Below are positions 47,839 to 57,431 of a stretch of DNA of 64,000 nt, in pieces. The position numbers were made by a program, and so were the translations under genes. Origin of the DNA: a bacterium (lineage in GTDB: Bacteria; SAR324; NAC60-12); NCBI GenBank assembly GCA_965209155.1, contig OZ242383.1, forward strand, positions 4,032,001 through 4,096,000. Reading direction: 5' to 3'. Positions within the stretch are counted from its first letter, which is position 1. Each line of letters starts with the position of its first letter. The notes under the pieces are model-generated. The model was not told where the DNA came from and made no database searches. It saw only the letters and a list, made by a program, of their open reading frames with translations.

Positions 47839-49035
47839 TCACCGAGATACACCCGTTTTGTATTTTGCTTTTTGCTCATCTTTTTTCTCTTGCAGGCTAT
47901 AGTAAATGTCATCATTCACTTCATTTACAACCTTAATGACCTCGTCAAAGGTCGTTGCATAGATGCCGTCTTCCGCCGTGAGTTTAAAGGATTGAATGGT
48001 TTGCCGGTCGAAGAGAAATGCGCCGACCTGCTCCGGTTTCAGAATCTCATCATCGTCGTATCCGTGTTTTTTCCGCAATGTCTTATCATCGTCCCGGCTC
48101 AACATGATCAACGAGTTGAATTCACGCACAATATAATCACTGTGGGTACTGATGACAACATTCAATCCGGCATTCACTAGTTTTGCCAGCAAGCGGGAAA
48201 TTTTACGCTGGTTATCGGGATGAATATTCAATTCCGGCTCATCGATCATCAGGACGTCTCCTTCGCATGCCTGATGTTCCAGGTAAAACCACAGTCCGAA
48301 AAGACTTTTGACCGCACCGGAAGTCATGTGTAAACCCATTGAAGGGGTTTTTACGCCATCGCGTTTGAGTTGGTAGGGTTTGAATTCAATGCCGCCTGTG
48401 CGAGCGTCGACCTTGTATGCTCCGCCTGCCAGGTCTTTTTTCAACCGCTCAGCGAAGTCGTGAAAATCGTCCGCCCCTGAGCGTTGAGTTTCCACCAGGC
48501 TGTTTAACCAATCGATGTAATCAGCAATCGGAAGGGCATAGCGTGAGTGAATCACATCACGCAGTAACTCTGAGATTCTGATCTTTTCCCGGGAAGCATG
48601 GTGCAACAAAGCCGTGCGTCGCGTACTGAGCTCACGAAAAAATAAGTGAAGACCGTTGCGCTCGGCAGGCATCAGGAAAATATCATTTTTTTGTTTATAC
48701 TTAATAATACTTTGCCAGTCTTTTCTGGTTTTAAGATGGAAATTTGCACTGTTCAGCTGTTTGGACGATGTATTGAACACAAAATTCGCGAGTCCTGACG
48801 ACACGATCTTGTTGAATTTATCCAGATTCCAATGATCATTACTCTCCTCATTATCTTTTAATATTTTTAATAGACAACTATATGAATAGTATAGTGAATA
48901 CAGGGTCCAGGTTTTACCCGCGTTGTTGGGGCCGCAAAAAACAGTGAGGGGTCGTTGTACAAACTCTCCCTTGTTGATGCTTCCCAGATTTTTTACCTCA
49001 AAAGTCAACTCTGTCTGAAATCCATGCATGGGCAT
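47839..49035 (-). CDS. ABC/AAA-type ATPase (AAA_15/AAA_21-like), probably defence-associated
   Basis: NLGSI, GPNNAGKT, MPAERNG, TSGAV, IDEPELNIHP, STHSD; an apparent partner ORF from ATG 47879 stops after about 26 codons. Confidence 0.9.
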   Translation of the reverse strand: MPMHGFQTELTFEVKNLGSINKGEFVQRPLTVFCGPNNAGKTWTLYSLYYSYSCLLKILKDNEESNDHWNLDKFNKIVSSGLANFVFNTSSKQLNSANFHLKTRKDWQSIIKYKQKNDIFLMPAERNGLHLFFRELSTRRTALLHHASREKIRISELLRDVIHSRYALPIADYIDWLNSLVETQRSGADDFHDFAERLKKDLAGGAYKVDARTGGIEFKPYQLKRDGVKTPSMGLHMTSGAVKSLFGLWFYLEHQACEGDVLMIDEPELNIHPDNQRKISRLLAKLVNAGLNVVISTHSDYIVREFNSLIMLSRDDDKTLRKKHGYDDDEILKPEQVGAFLFDRQTIQSFKLTAEDGIYATTFDEVIKVVNEVNDDIYYSLQEKKDEQKAKYKTGVSR

Positions 49036-49132
49036 AACTCTGTCATATCTCCATCAGCGTTGTGAGATCGCAAGTGTCAATCCAACTCTTGATCCTCTCT
49101 TGCGTCTCGCGACCTGCCACTCGAGAAATATC

Positions 49133-49420
49133 TCAGGTAGCCTGGCAGCGTTTGCAAATAACATACTGAACCAATTTGTGACCTGGAAATTGAAGTCCAA
49201 GTTGGCTGCCATCCTCCCCATTCCAGATGGTGCAAAGGTTGCCATTGTCCTTAAGCGCCAATCCTGCTTTTTTCGGGAAGGAAATTTTCCCAACGAATGA
49301 CCAGGAGTCCCTCTCGGATGCCTCGTTCACCGAGAAACTATTAAGCGCAGCATAGTTGCGTAAGACTTCGATGCGGTTCCGGTAGATCAGCAATTCCTGA
49401 GTCAGTCTTCGCTTGTTCAT
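49133..49420 (-). CDS. Hypothetical protein, possibly truncated
   Basis: 95-aa ORF co-oriented with the island; no recognised motif. Confidence 0.35.
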   Translation of the reverse strand: MNKRRLTQELLIYRNRIEVLRNYAALNSFSVNEASERDSWSFVGKISFPKKAGLALKDNGNLCTIWNGEDGSQLGLQFPGHKLVQYVICKRCQAT

Positions 49421-49447
49421 TCTACAACCTTTGATTTGTTTTATCCA

Positions 49448-49600
49448 TCATACCATCCCCTGCCTTGATTGCGCTGCGAGCAACTCGTCGAACTCCCGTT
49501 GGATCTCATAGACGTCGGTGAACTCGGCAAAGGCCCAACGACCGTAGTGGCGGAGATTGTTTACGCCGGGCACCCAGTAGGTATCCTTGGTGGTTTTTTT
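49448..49600 (-). pseudogene. 3' fragment of a type III restriction endonuclease (res)
   Basis: Translates KKTTKDTYWVPGVNNLRHYGRWAFAEFTDVYEI...*, the C-terminus I recognise from Res subunits that pair with this Mod type. Confidence 0.7.
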
Positions 49601-49622
49601 TGAATCCTCGTCGTATGGATGT

Positions 49623-49661
49623 TTAATACAAATTTGATCATTTACTAATATTGCGCTAACA
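49623..49661 (+). promoter_or_regulatory. Candidate Pho box upstream of pstS
   Basis: Hexamers at exact 11-bp spacing: TTAATA (49623), TTGATC (49634), CTAATA (49645), CTAACA (49656). Confidence 0.45.
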
Positions 49662-49770
49662 ATTGCTACCTAAAATAAACCCGTTCCAGCAAAAGAATTT
49701 GGAATGTGGAGCAACATTTTGCTGTTCCACCATGATTGAACCTGTTTTGAAAGGAATAGGAGTAATTTAT

Positions 49771-50760
49771 ATGAAGAAATTTCTTAAAAATTCAGCATGT
49801 GGTTTGTTGATAGGTGGAATCTTGTGTGGGGCCTCCATCGTTTGGGGACAGGCAAAAGTGGATGACAGGTTGTCGGATTATGCAAAAACGTCAGGGGTCG
49901 CCGGAAATTTAAGCAGCGTTGGTTCAGATACCCTGAACAACCTGATGACCCTTTGGGCCGAATCATTTCGGAAAGAATATCCCAGCGTGAACGTTCAAAT
50001 TGAGGGGAAAGGGTCCAGTACCGCGCCTCCCGCATTGATTGAAGGAGTTTCGCAATTGGGTCCGATGTCCCGCAAAATGAAGAGTAAAGAAATCAATGCT
50101 TTCGAGAAAAAGTATGGCTTCAAGCCAACAGCGATTGGAGTGGCACTGGACTCCCTGGTCGTTTTTGTGAATAAGGACAATCCGATCGAAGCATTGTCTT
50201 TGGAAGAAGTGGATGCGATTTTCTCCAGGACCCGAAAAGGGGGACACCCGGACGTCGCCACCTGGGACCAATTGGGACTCTCGGGTGATTGGACGAATCG
50301 CGCCATCAGTCTCTATGGCCGTAATTCCGCATCCGGTACCTATGGTTATTTCAAATCCAACGCATTGTTCAAGGGTGACTTTAAGAATACGGTGAAAGAG
50401 CAGCCCGGGTCCGCTTCCGTGGTTTTGGGGGTTACGGAAGAATTAGGAGCGATCGGATATTCCGGCATCGGATACCAAACTTCCGGGGTCCGCGCACTTC
50501 CCCTATCCAGGAAAAAAGGTGAAGCAGCTTATGAACCAAATTACGCCAACGTGCTTTCTGGCAAATACCCACTGGCCCGCATGCTTTATGTCTACGTGGT
50601 GAAAGCACCAGGGAAACCGTTTACCAAGCTCACCCTGGAGTTTTTCAAGTTCGTCTTATCAAAACAAGGACAAGAAATCGTCGTCAAAGACGGTTACCTG
50701 CCACTTCCTGAAAAAGTCGTGAAAAAACAGTTGGATCTCCTTGAAGAGAAAACGATGTGA
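49771..50760 (+). CDS. pstS: Phosphate ABC transporter substrate-binding protein
   Basis: SVGSDTL, GKGSSTA, GPMSR, GRNSASGTY; AGGAG RBS before ATG 49771. Confidence 0.95.
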   Translation: MKKFLKNSACGLLIGGILCGASIVWGQAKVDDRLSDYAKTSGVAGNLSSVGSDTLNNLMTLWAESFRKEYPSVNVQIEGKGSSTAPPALIEGVSQLGPMSRKMKSKEINAFEKKYGFKPTAIGVALDSLVVFVNKDNPIEALSLEEVDAIFSRTRKGGHPDVATWDQLGLSGDWTNRAISLYGRNSASGTYGYFKSNALFKGDFKNTVKEQPGSASVVLGVTEELGAIGYSGIGYQTSGVRALPLSRKKGEAAYEPNYANVLSGKYPLARMLYVYVVKAPGKPFTKLTLEFFKFVLSKQGQEIVVKDGYLPLPEKVVKKQLDLLEEKTM

Positions 50761-50779
50761 TGGGTTGCAAAGGCCATTT

Positions 50780-53095
50780 ATGTTCAGCTTCCTGAAGCGG
50801 AGTCCTTCGACTTCGATCAATGAGCGTGTTTTCAGAAGGGCAAAAATTTGGGACGCCATCGCCCGCTATTTCATAGTAGGAGGCGGGATCCTGGTCATAG
50901 TCTGCGTGATCGGGATTTTACTTCTGATCGCCTCCGTATCCCTTCCTCTTTTTTTACCGCCGGGTCAGGAAATCCTGGCCCGGTTTCAACTCAAGCAGCA
51001 TGGATCCACCCGTTTTCTCAGCGCCGCGATGGACGAGTACCTGGAAACGGCTTCCTTCCTCGACGAAAAGGGACTCTGGCATTTTTATGATATGAAAAAA
51101 GGAAGCGTCCTGCTCCAAAAACAAAGTCAGCCCCCTGGCGATACGGCTCTCAAAGTCCACAACGTCGAGTTTTATGGACAAAACCTCTTCACCCTGGTCT
51201 GGGAGGATGGTTCCGCCAGCGTACTTCAAGTTCAATTCCTGCCGCAATTCACGGAAAAAGGCCGGTTCACCATTCATGATTTGCTGGAAGTCGCCTCGTT
51301 TCCGGCAAATGGCAGAGGAACGCCCATCAAGACGCTCGCACGAGCCTCCCTTCCCGACGACGATAATCCACGGCAGAGCCTCGTCCAACTCTTTCCTGGA
51401 AATCGTATTGAAATCACGCAGAAAATCATCGAAGAAGATTTTTTAGGAAACCGGCAAACAGAATCCTTTACTACTTCTTTGCAAACCACGCCTGCCGGCA
51501 ATTTCACTGCTTTTACCATGGATGGCGCAAGCCGGAATCTCTATGCAGCCACTGACCAGGGAGAATTGTGGCACTGGTCTTTGGAGGAACCGGGAGAAGC
51601 GGAGCTTTTGCAAAATTTTACCGCCTCCCGCGATATGCGAAAGATCACGGCTCTCAACTTGGTTTTTGGAGACATATCCCTTGCAGTTGGGGACCAGAAA
51701 GGTCAGGTGACCAGCTGGTTTTTAGTACCGGATCCCCAAAATGAAACTCAAAAGAAGCTCCAACGCGTTCATACCTTGCCTTCTCACGACAGTCCGGTGG
51801 TTCAGTTAATACCTTCGCGCGTGGACAAATCATTGTTGAGTCTCGATGAAAAGGGAATCATTCATTGGGACCATACGACAACGGAACGACAATTGTTACG
51901 ATTCGCAGCGGAAATCCCACCCGATCGTTCCCAAGATTCCTTGACTGAACACCGGATAAAAATTTTCAACACCGCCCCCCGTGGTAACGGATTGCTTGCC
52001 ATGGATGCCCGAAATCAGGTGACTCTTTGGAAAGTGGAAAATCCCCACCCTGAGATCAGTTGGAAAACCCTCTTTGGTAAAGTCTTATACGAAGATTACC
52101 CGGCACCCGATTATGTCTGGCAATCGTCTTCGGCCAGCGATGATTTTGAACCAAAGTTCAGTTTGGTACCTTTGATATTCGGAAGCTTCAAGGGTACTTT
52201 TTACGCAATGTTTCTGGCCATCCCCCTCGCCCTCTTCGGCGCCATTTATACCAGCCAGTTTGCCAACGAATCCTTTCGCCGTTTTATCAAACCCGGGATA
52301 GAAGTGATGGCGGCAATGCCTTCCGTAATCATTGGATTCATGATCGCTTTGTGGTTAGCGCCGATCGTGGAAGATTACGTGCTGGCATTTTTTCTCTCCT
52401 TGCTTTTCATTCCCCTGGCCACGCTTTTATTTGTGGGCGCATGGTTTCTGGTACGCCACCAGATCTGGGCGAAATGGGTCGAGGCGAAAGGATATGAATT
52501 TTTACTGATGATACCCGTAACGATCGTGGCCTGCTTAGCGACGATTCCTTTTCAGGAACTAGCCCAGCAGTTCTTTTTTGCAGGAAATTTCAATCAATGG
52601 CTTTTCGACGCACTGGGAGTTCGTTATGAACAGCGCAACAGCGTGATCATTGCCTTTGGCCTGGGATTCATGGTCATTCCCATAATTTTCACCATATCGG
52701 AAGACGCCTTGACCAACGTCCCCGCCAGTTTGAAATATGCTTCCCTCGCTCTCGGCGCCAGTCGATGGCAAACTGTTTGGCGCATCGTTATTCCTTCTGC
52801 CAGTCCCGGCATCTTTGCCGCGTGCATTATCGGATTCGGACGTGCCGTTGGTGAAACGATGGTGGTCTTGATGGCAACCGGCAATACTCCCATTCTTGAC
52901 TGGAGCATTTTCAATGGAATGCGCACGCTTGCCGCAAACATTGCCGTGGAACTTCCCGAAGCACCGGTGGATGGCACTTTGTATCGTATTCTCTTTTTAT
53001 CCGCAGTGGTTTTGTTTTTGTTGACTTCTGTTTTGAATACGATTGCGGAAATCATCCGGCAACACTTGAGAAAAAAATATGGTCAATTCCAATAA
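50780..53095 (+). CDS. pstC: Phosphate ABC transporter permease PstC, long form with a beta-propeller-like insert
   Basis: EPKFSLVPLIFG, KP.IEVMAAMPSV, SLALGASRWQT, GRAVGETMVVLMATGN. Confidence 0.92.
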   Translation: MFSFLKRSPSTSINERVFRRAKIWDAIARYFIVGGGILVIVCVIGILLLIASVSLPLFLPPGQEILARFQLKQHGSTRFLSAAMDEYLETASFLDEKGLWHFYDMKKGSVLLQKQSQPPGDTALKVHNVEFYGQNLFTLVWEDGSASVLQVQFLPQFTEKGRFTIHDLLEVASFPANGRGTPIKTLARASLPDDDNPRQSLVQLFPGNRIEITQKIIEEDFLGNRQTESFTTSLQTTPAGNFTAFTMDGASRNLYAATDQGELWHWSLEEPGEAELLQNFTASRDMRKITALNLVFGDISLAVGDQKGQVTSWFLVPDPQNETQKKLQRVHTLPSHDSPVVQLIPSRVDKSLLSLDEKGIIHWDHTTTERQLLRFAAEIPPDRSQDSLTEHRIKIFNTAPRGNGLLAMDARNQVTLWKVENPHPEISWKTLFGKVLYEDYPAPDYVWQSSSASDDFEPKFSLVPLIFGSFKGTFYAMFLAIPLALFGAIYTSQFANESFRRFIKPGIEVMAAMPSVIIGFMIALWLAPIVEDYVLAFFLSLLFIPLATLLFVGAWFLVRHQIWAKWVEAKGYEFLLMIPVTIVACLATIPFQELAQQFFFAGNFNQWLFDALGVRYEQRNSVIIAFGLGFMVIPIIFTISEDALTNVPASLKYASLALGASRWQTVWRIVIPSASPGIFAACIIGFGRAVGETMVVLMATGNTPILDWSIFNGMRTLAANIAVELPEAPVDGTLYRILFLSAVVLFLLTSVLNTIAEIIRQHLRKKYGQFQ

Positions 53096-54704
53096 TCGAA
53101 ATCCCGGAGAGAACCGTCCTTACTGGAAAGTCGGGGAACCCCTGGTGTGGGGAACCGGCGTTGCTTTGGGGATTATTATGCTCATTGCCCTGATCCTGAT
53201 TCTGGTGATCATGTACAACGGACTTGGCGTTTTCTGGCCATCGAACGTCACGCTGCTCACATTGAAAGATGAAACCCGGATACTGGGAGAAGAAAAAGCG
53301 GAACAGGCTCATCCCCAAACCGGAAATATGCGGCTGCAATTGAAAGTCGGCAACCGTGATCTCTACAACCTGGACTTCCGTTGGGTGGAAGAAGATGCCA
53401 TTGCGGAAAAGAGTATTCCTCCCGAAGTGATTGTGCTCGAACGCACCGAATATGGCAACTTCTATGGGTATCTGGAGGAAATCTCAACCCCGCAGTTTGA
53501 AAAATCACCAGCCAGCTGGGAGGACCTGGGAACAGTGATCGAAACAATTCGAGAAAGACAGGAGGCTCTCAAGCCAATCAATGAAGAAATATTCAAGTTG
53601 GCAGGGCGCATGGAAAACCTGCGCAACAACGAACTGGAACTGAAATACCAGGATGTTTCGAGAGATTCAGAACCGTACCAATCATTGCTGGAAGATTTCA
53701 CTCGACTGGAGAAAAGATTCGAAGAATTGCTGGTAAAACAGCAGCATGCTCACGAGGAACTCGTGCAATACCAATCAATTTTCAGTGATGCTTCTGCTCA
53801 AACCCGCATGATTCCTGTTGTGAATATCGTGCAGGCATACCGTCCCAATCAAATGTCAACAGCAAGCAAAACCTGGTTTTATCTAAAAAAAGTGGGCGAA
53901 TTGCTTACGGATGAACCGCGGGAAGCCAATACCGAAGGAGGATTGTTTCCAGCCATATTCGGAACAGTGATGATGGTTTTCATCATGAGTTTTTTGTCAT
54001 TTCCATTGGGGGTGGTCACGGCAATTTATTTACGTGAATATGCGAAAGAGGGAATGGCGGTGAGGTTGGTGCGCATTGCGGTGAACAACCTGGCAGGGAT
54101 CCCTTCGATTGTCTATGGTGTCTTCGGACTCGGTTTTTTCGTATATGGTGTAGGCGGTTTGATGGATCGTCTTTTTTTTCCGGAACGCCTCCCCACTCCG
54201 ACGTTTGGCACGGGGGGAATCCTCTGGGCCAGCCTGACCTTAGGGCTCCTGACGGTTCCCGTCGTTATCGTCGCGACGGAAGAAGCCTTGGGTGCGGTTC
54301 CGGCAAGCATCCGTGAAGCTTCCCTCGCTTTGGGTGCAACCAAATTGCAGACACTTCTCCGCATTATTCTTCCAATGTCTTCTCCCGGAATCATGACCGG
54401 TTTTATCCTGGCAATGGCCAGGGCTGCCGGTGAGGTTGCTCCCTTGATGATCACCGGTGTGGTCAAGCTGGCCCCTTCTCTTGCCATTGATGGGAATTTC
54501 CCCTTTGTACACCTGGAACGTAAATTCATGCATTTGGGATTTCACATTTATGACGTGGGATTTCAGTCTCCCAACGTGGAAGCGGCTAAACCGATGGTTT
54601 TTGTGACCACTTTACTGTTGGTGCTCGTTGTTTTGGTCATGAGCAGTGTGGCGATTTATTTAAGAAATCAAATGCAAAAACGTTATACTATTCGTGAATT
54701 TTAA
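53079..54704 (+). CDS. pstA: Phosphate ABC transporter permease PstA
   Basis: [39 protein letters not shown]. Confidence 0.94.
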   Translation: MVNSNNRNPGENRPYWKVGEPLVWGTGVALGIIMLIALILILVIMYNGLGVFWPSNVTLLTLKDETRILGEEKAEQAHPQTGNMRLQLKVGNRDLYNLDFRWVEEDAIAEKSIPPEVIVLERTEYGNFYGYLEEISTPQFEKSPASWEDLGTVIETIRERQEALKPINEEIFKLAGRMENLRNNELELKYQDVSRDSEPYQSLLEDFTRLEKRFEELLVKQQHAHEELVQYQSIFSDASAQTRMIPVVNIVQAYRPNQMSTASKTWFYLKKVGELLTDEPREANTEGGLFPAIFGTVMMVFIMSFLSFPLGVVTAIYLREYAKEGMAVRLVRIAVNNLAGIPSIVYGVFGLGFFVYGVGGLMDRLFFPERLPTPTFGTGGILWASLTLGLLTVPVVIVATEEALGAVPASIREASLALGATKLQTLLRIILPMSSPGIMTGFILAMARAAGEVAPLMITGVVKLAPSLAIDGNFPFVHLERKFMHLGFHIYDVGFQSPNVEAAKPMVFVTTLLLVLVVLVMSSVAIYLRNQMQKRYTIREF

Positions 54705-54718
54705 TCCAGAGACCTTTT

Positions 54719-55504
54719 ATGGCAAACAATGTCATCAACCAGGAAATTCCCAATCCCATTGTGGTAGTAAATAACCTGAACTTGTTTTATGGTCGAACCC
54801 AGGCGCTTTTTGATATTGCCTTTAAAATTCCGCGAAATCTGGTTACCGCATTGATTGGACCATCCGGATGCGGAAAATCGACATTTTTACGCTGTCTCAA
54901 CCGGATGAATGACCTGGTGGACGGGGTGACGATCGAAGGCAGCCTCAAATTGGACGATGTCGAAATCAACAATCCCACCCTCGATGTGATCCAATTACGA
55001 CGTCGCGTAGGAATGGTTTTTCAAAAATATACCCCATTCCCTAAAACCATTTATGAAAATATCGTCTATGGCCTGCGTATTGCCGGCGTTTCGGACCGTC
55101 AGGTACTTGATGAGACCATGGAACGTAGTCTGAAACGCGCGGCTTTGTGGGACGAAGTGAAGGACCGGCTGCAAGAATCCGCCCTGGGGCTTTCCGGAGG
55201 GCAAATGCAACGATTGTGCATTGCGCGCGCAGTAGCGGTGAATCCGGAAATCATCCTGATGGACGAACCCTGTTCCGCTCTCGACCCGCGCTCCACTGCA
55301 CGTATCGAAGACCTGATCGCCGAGCTTCGAGGAGACTATACCATTGTCATCGTCACCCACAATATGCAACAAGCCGGACGGGTTTCCAACTATACGGCTT
55401 TTTTTTACGAAGGGGTGCTGATTGAATACAATCAGACTGATCAAATCTTCCAGACGCCCCGGGACCCACGAACCGATGATTACATCACCGGACGTTTTGG
55501 ATAA
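54719..55504 (+). CDS. pstB: Phosphate ABC transporter ATP-binding protein
   Basis: [35 protein letters not shown]. Confidence 0.96.
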   Translation: MANNVINQEIPNPIVVVNNLNLFYGRTQALFDIAFKIPRNLVTALIGPSGCGKSTFLRCLNRMNDLVDGVTIEGSLKLDDVEINNPTLDVIQLRRRVGMVFQKYTPFPKTIYENIVYGLRIAGVSDRQVLDETMERSLKRAALWDEVKDRLQESALGLSGGQMQRLCIARAVAVNPEIILMDEPCSALDPRSTARIEDLIAELRGDYTIVIVTHNMQQAGRVSNYTAFFYEGVLIEYNQTDQIFQTPRDPRTDDYITGRFG

Positions 55505-55520
55505 ACTTCAGGAAAAAACC

Positions 55521-56177
55521 ATGCCCATCCAATTTGACCGAGAAACGAATAAACTGATCCAGATCATCCTGTCATTAAGCGCCATTGTTCAAAATAACCT
55601 GGAGGAAGCGATCAAATCTCTGGAAACCGGGGACCCGAAACTGGCCCGGGAGGTGATTGCAAGCGACCGCCGCGTAGATCAGATGGAGATCGACGTGGAA
55701 GAAGAATGTCTGAAAATCCTCGCTCTCTACCAACCGGTTGCCGGGGACCTGCGCCACGTCGTTTCTTTGTTGAAAAGCAATAACGACTTGGAGCGCATCG
55801 GGGATTTATCGAGAGATATCGCCAAGTCGGTGCTTTCCCTGCGCGACCGCCCGGCAGTTGTTCTGGCATTCGACTGGAAGGGTATGACCGAAAGGGTCCA
55901 GTGGATAGTTAAAAACAGTTTGGATTCGCTGATCAACCTGGACGTGAAACTGGCCTATGAAGTCGGTAAGGCCGAAGAGGAAATCGATGGAATGCATGAA
56001 ACGGCGTGCGCCCGGATTCGGGAAACGCTCGAGCAGGAGTCGAATCACGCGGAAAGTCTGCTCGCCTTGTGGACGATTGCCGCACACCTGGAAAATATAG
56101 CAGACCATGCCAAGAAAATTGCGGAAGGCGTGATTTATAATGTCAGCGGGGAAATTGTCCGTCACAAACAACTGTAA
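55521..56177 (+). CDS. phoU: Phosphate signalling complex protein PhoU
   Basis: ILALYQPVAGDLR, DLERIGD, LENIADHA..IAE; ATG 55521. Confidence 0.93.
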   Translation: MPIQFDRETNKLIQIILSLSAIVQNNLEEAIKSLETGDPKLAREVIASDRRVDQMEIDVEEECLKILALYQPVAGDLRHVVSLLKSNNDLERIGDLSRDIAKSVLSLRDRPAVVLAFDWKGMTERVQWIVKNSLDSLINLDVKLAYEVGKAEEEIDGMHETACARIRETLEQESNHAESLLALWTIAAHLENIADHAKKIAEGVIYNVSGEIVRHKQL

Positions 56178-56183
56178 AAGATA

Positions 56184-56426
56184 TGAATCAGGAGTTGAAT
56201 TTTTATTTATAAAATCAATAATTGAATATCTATGATGGGTCAGGATGATCCGGAATCCAAAATTTCGCACGGATCCCCCTGGATTCCTGCTCAAGCCAGG
56301 AATGACACGTTTTTTAACTCCTGGTTCATATGATGGGTCAGGATGATCCGGAATCCAAAATTTCGCACGGATCCCCCTGGATTCCTGCTCAAGCCAGGAA
56401 TGACACGTTTTTTAACTCCTGGTTCA
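56184..56426. repeat. REP/MITE-like element containing an exact 98-bp tandem duplication
   Basis: 56231-56328 equals 56329-56426; ends TGAATCAGGAGTT ... AACTCCTGGTTCA are inverted; internal hairpin GATTCCTG-CTCAAGC-CAGGAATG. Confidence 0.85.
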
Positions 56427-56661
56427 CGTGTAAAACATATAAGAGCCTGTTTAAAAAATACATTACTTCCCCTGTCAGGAGAAATCAGATAGGATTGTTA
56501 CCAATTTGGACCTCCTGTAACCACGCTTTACCAAGGAAAGTGAATATTTTTTTCTCTCACAGCAGCACTTTTAAACAGGTTCTAAATTGCCAGACAACCA
56601 GGAAAGCCTGTCTTTGAAGAGATTCCCTTTAACGAGATATCTTCTGCAACGAGCATGAGCT

Positions 56662-57363
56662 ATGTCCAGAGAAAAAATTCTGATTGTCGAAGACGAAGAG
56701 GATATCTGTGAAGTATTGAAATACAACCTCCAGAAAGAAGGATACCGGATCAGTATCGCCAGTTCGGGAGAAGAAACTTTGAAAACAGCCAGAGACTTGC
56801 GGCCACACTTGATTCTATTGGATTTGATGTTGCCGGGGATCGACGGGCTGGAAGTATGCAAGATTTTAAAAAACGATCGCCTTACGAAGTCCATTCCGGT
56901 GATCATCCTCACCGCAAAAAGTGGAGAGTCGGATATTATCAGCGGTTTGGAACTGGGAGCGGATGACTACATTACAAAACCGTTTTCACCTAAAGTCCTG
57001 GTTGCCAGGGTGCGCACGACGCTGAGACGCAAATTACAGAAAACACTCGATACAGCGGAACCCATTCAAATTCAGGAACTTGAAATTCATCCGGGACGAC
57101 GCGAAGTTTTGATTGGCGATGAACCCATAGATTTGACTTATACGGAGTTTCAGATCCTGTATCTGCTCACCTCGCGGCCGGGATGGGTCTACACACGATT
57201 TCAAATTGTCGAGGCCGTACGAGGAGAAGACTACTACGTTACGGATCGTTCCGTGGACGTGCAGATCGCAGGACTGCGCAAAAAACTGGGTGATTATGGT
57301 CGTCTCATCGTCACTGTACGAGGAGTGGGATATCGTTTCCAGGACCAGCCACCCCATCTCTGA
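56662..57363 (+). CDS. phoB: OmpR/PhoB-family response regulator, probably PhoB
   Basis: ILIVEDE, LDLMLP, GADDYITKPFS, RSVDVQI..LRKK, TVRGVGY; next to the pst operon. Confidence 0.85.
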   Translation: MSREKILIVEDEEDICEVLKYNLQKEGYRISIASSGEETLKTARDLRPHLILLDLMLPGIDGLEVCKILKNDRLTKSIPVIILTAKSGESDIISGLELGADDYITKPFSPKVLVARVRTTLRRKLQKTLDTAEPIQIQELEIHPGRREVLIGDEPIDLTYTEFQILYLLTSRPGWVYTRFQIVEAVRGEDYYVTDRSVDVQIAGLRKKLGDYGRLIVTVRGVGYRFQDQPPHL

Positions 57364-57431
57364 ATGCCGCCGAACCGATACTCGCCTCGAGATTCTCAGA
57401 ATACACCCTTGTATGCAGTTTTCGAAAAACC

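Noticed and set aside
50780..54704. Unusually long PstC and PstA as a novelty
   Set aside because: Long forms with extra soluble domains are already known in other bacteria
56231..56426. CRISPR array or small protein gene (ORF 56330-56617)
   Set aside because: Two abutting identical 98-bp units without spacers; the ORF is a by-product of the repeat
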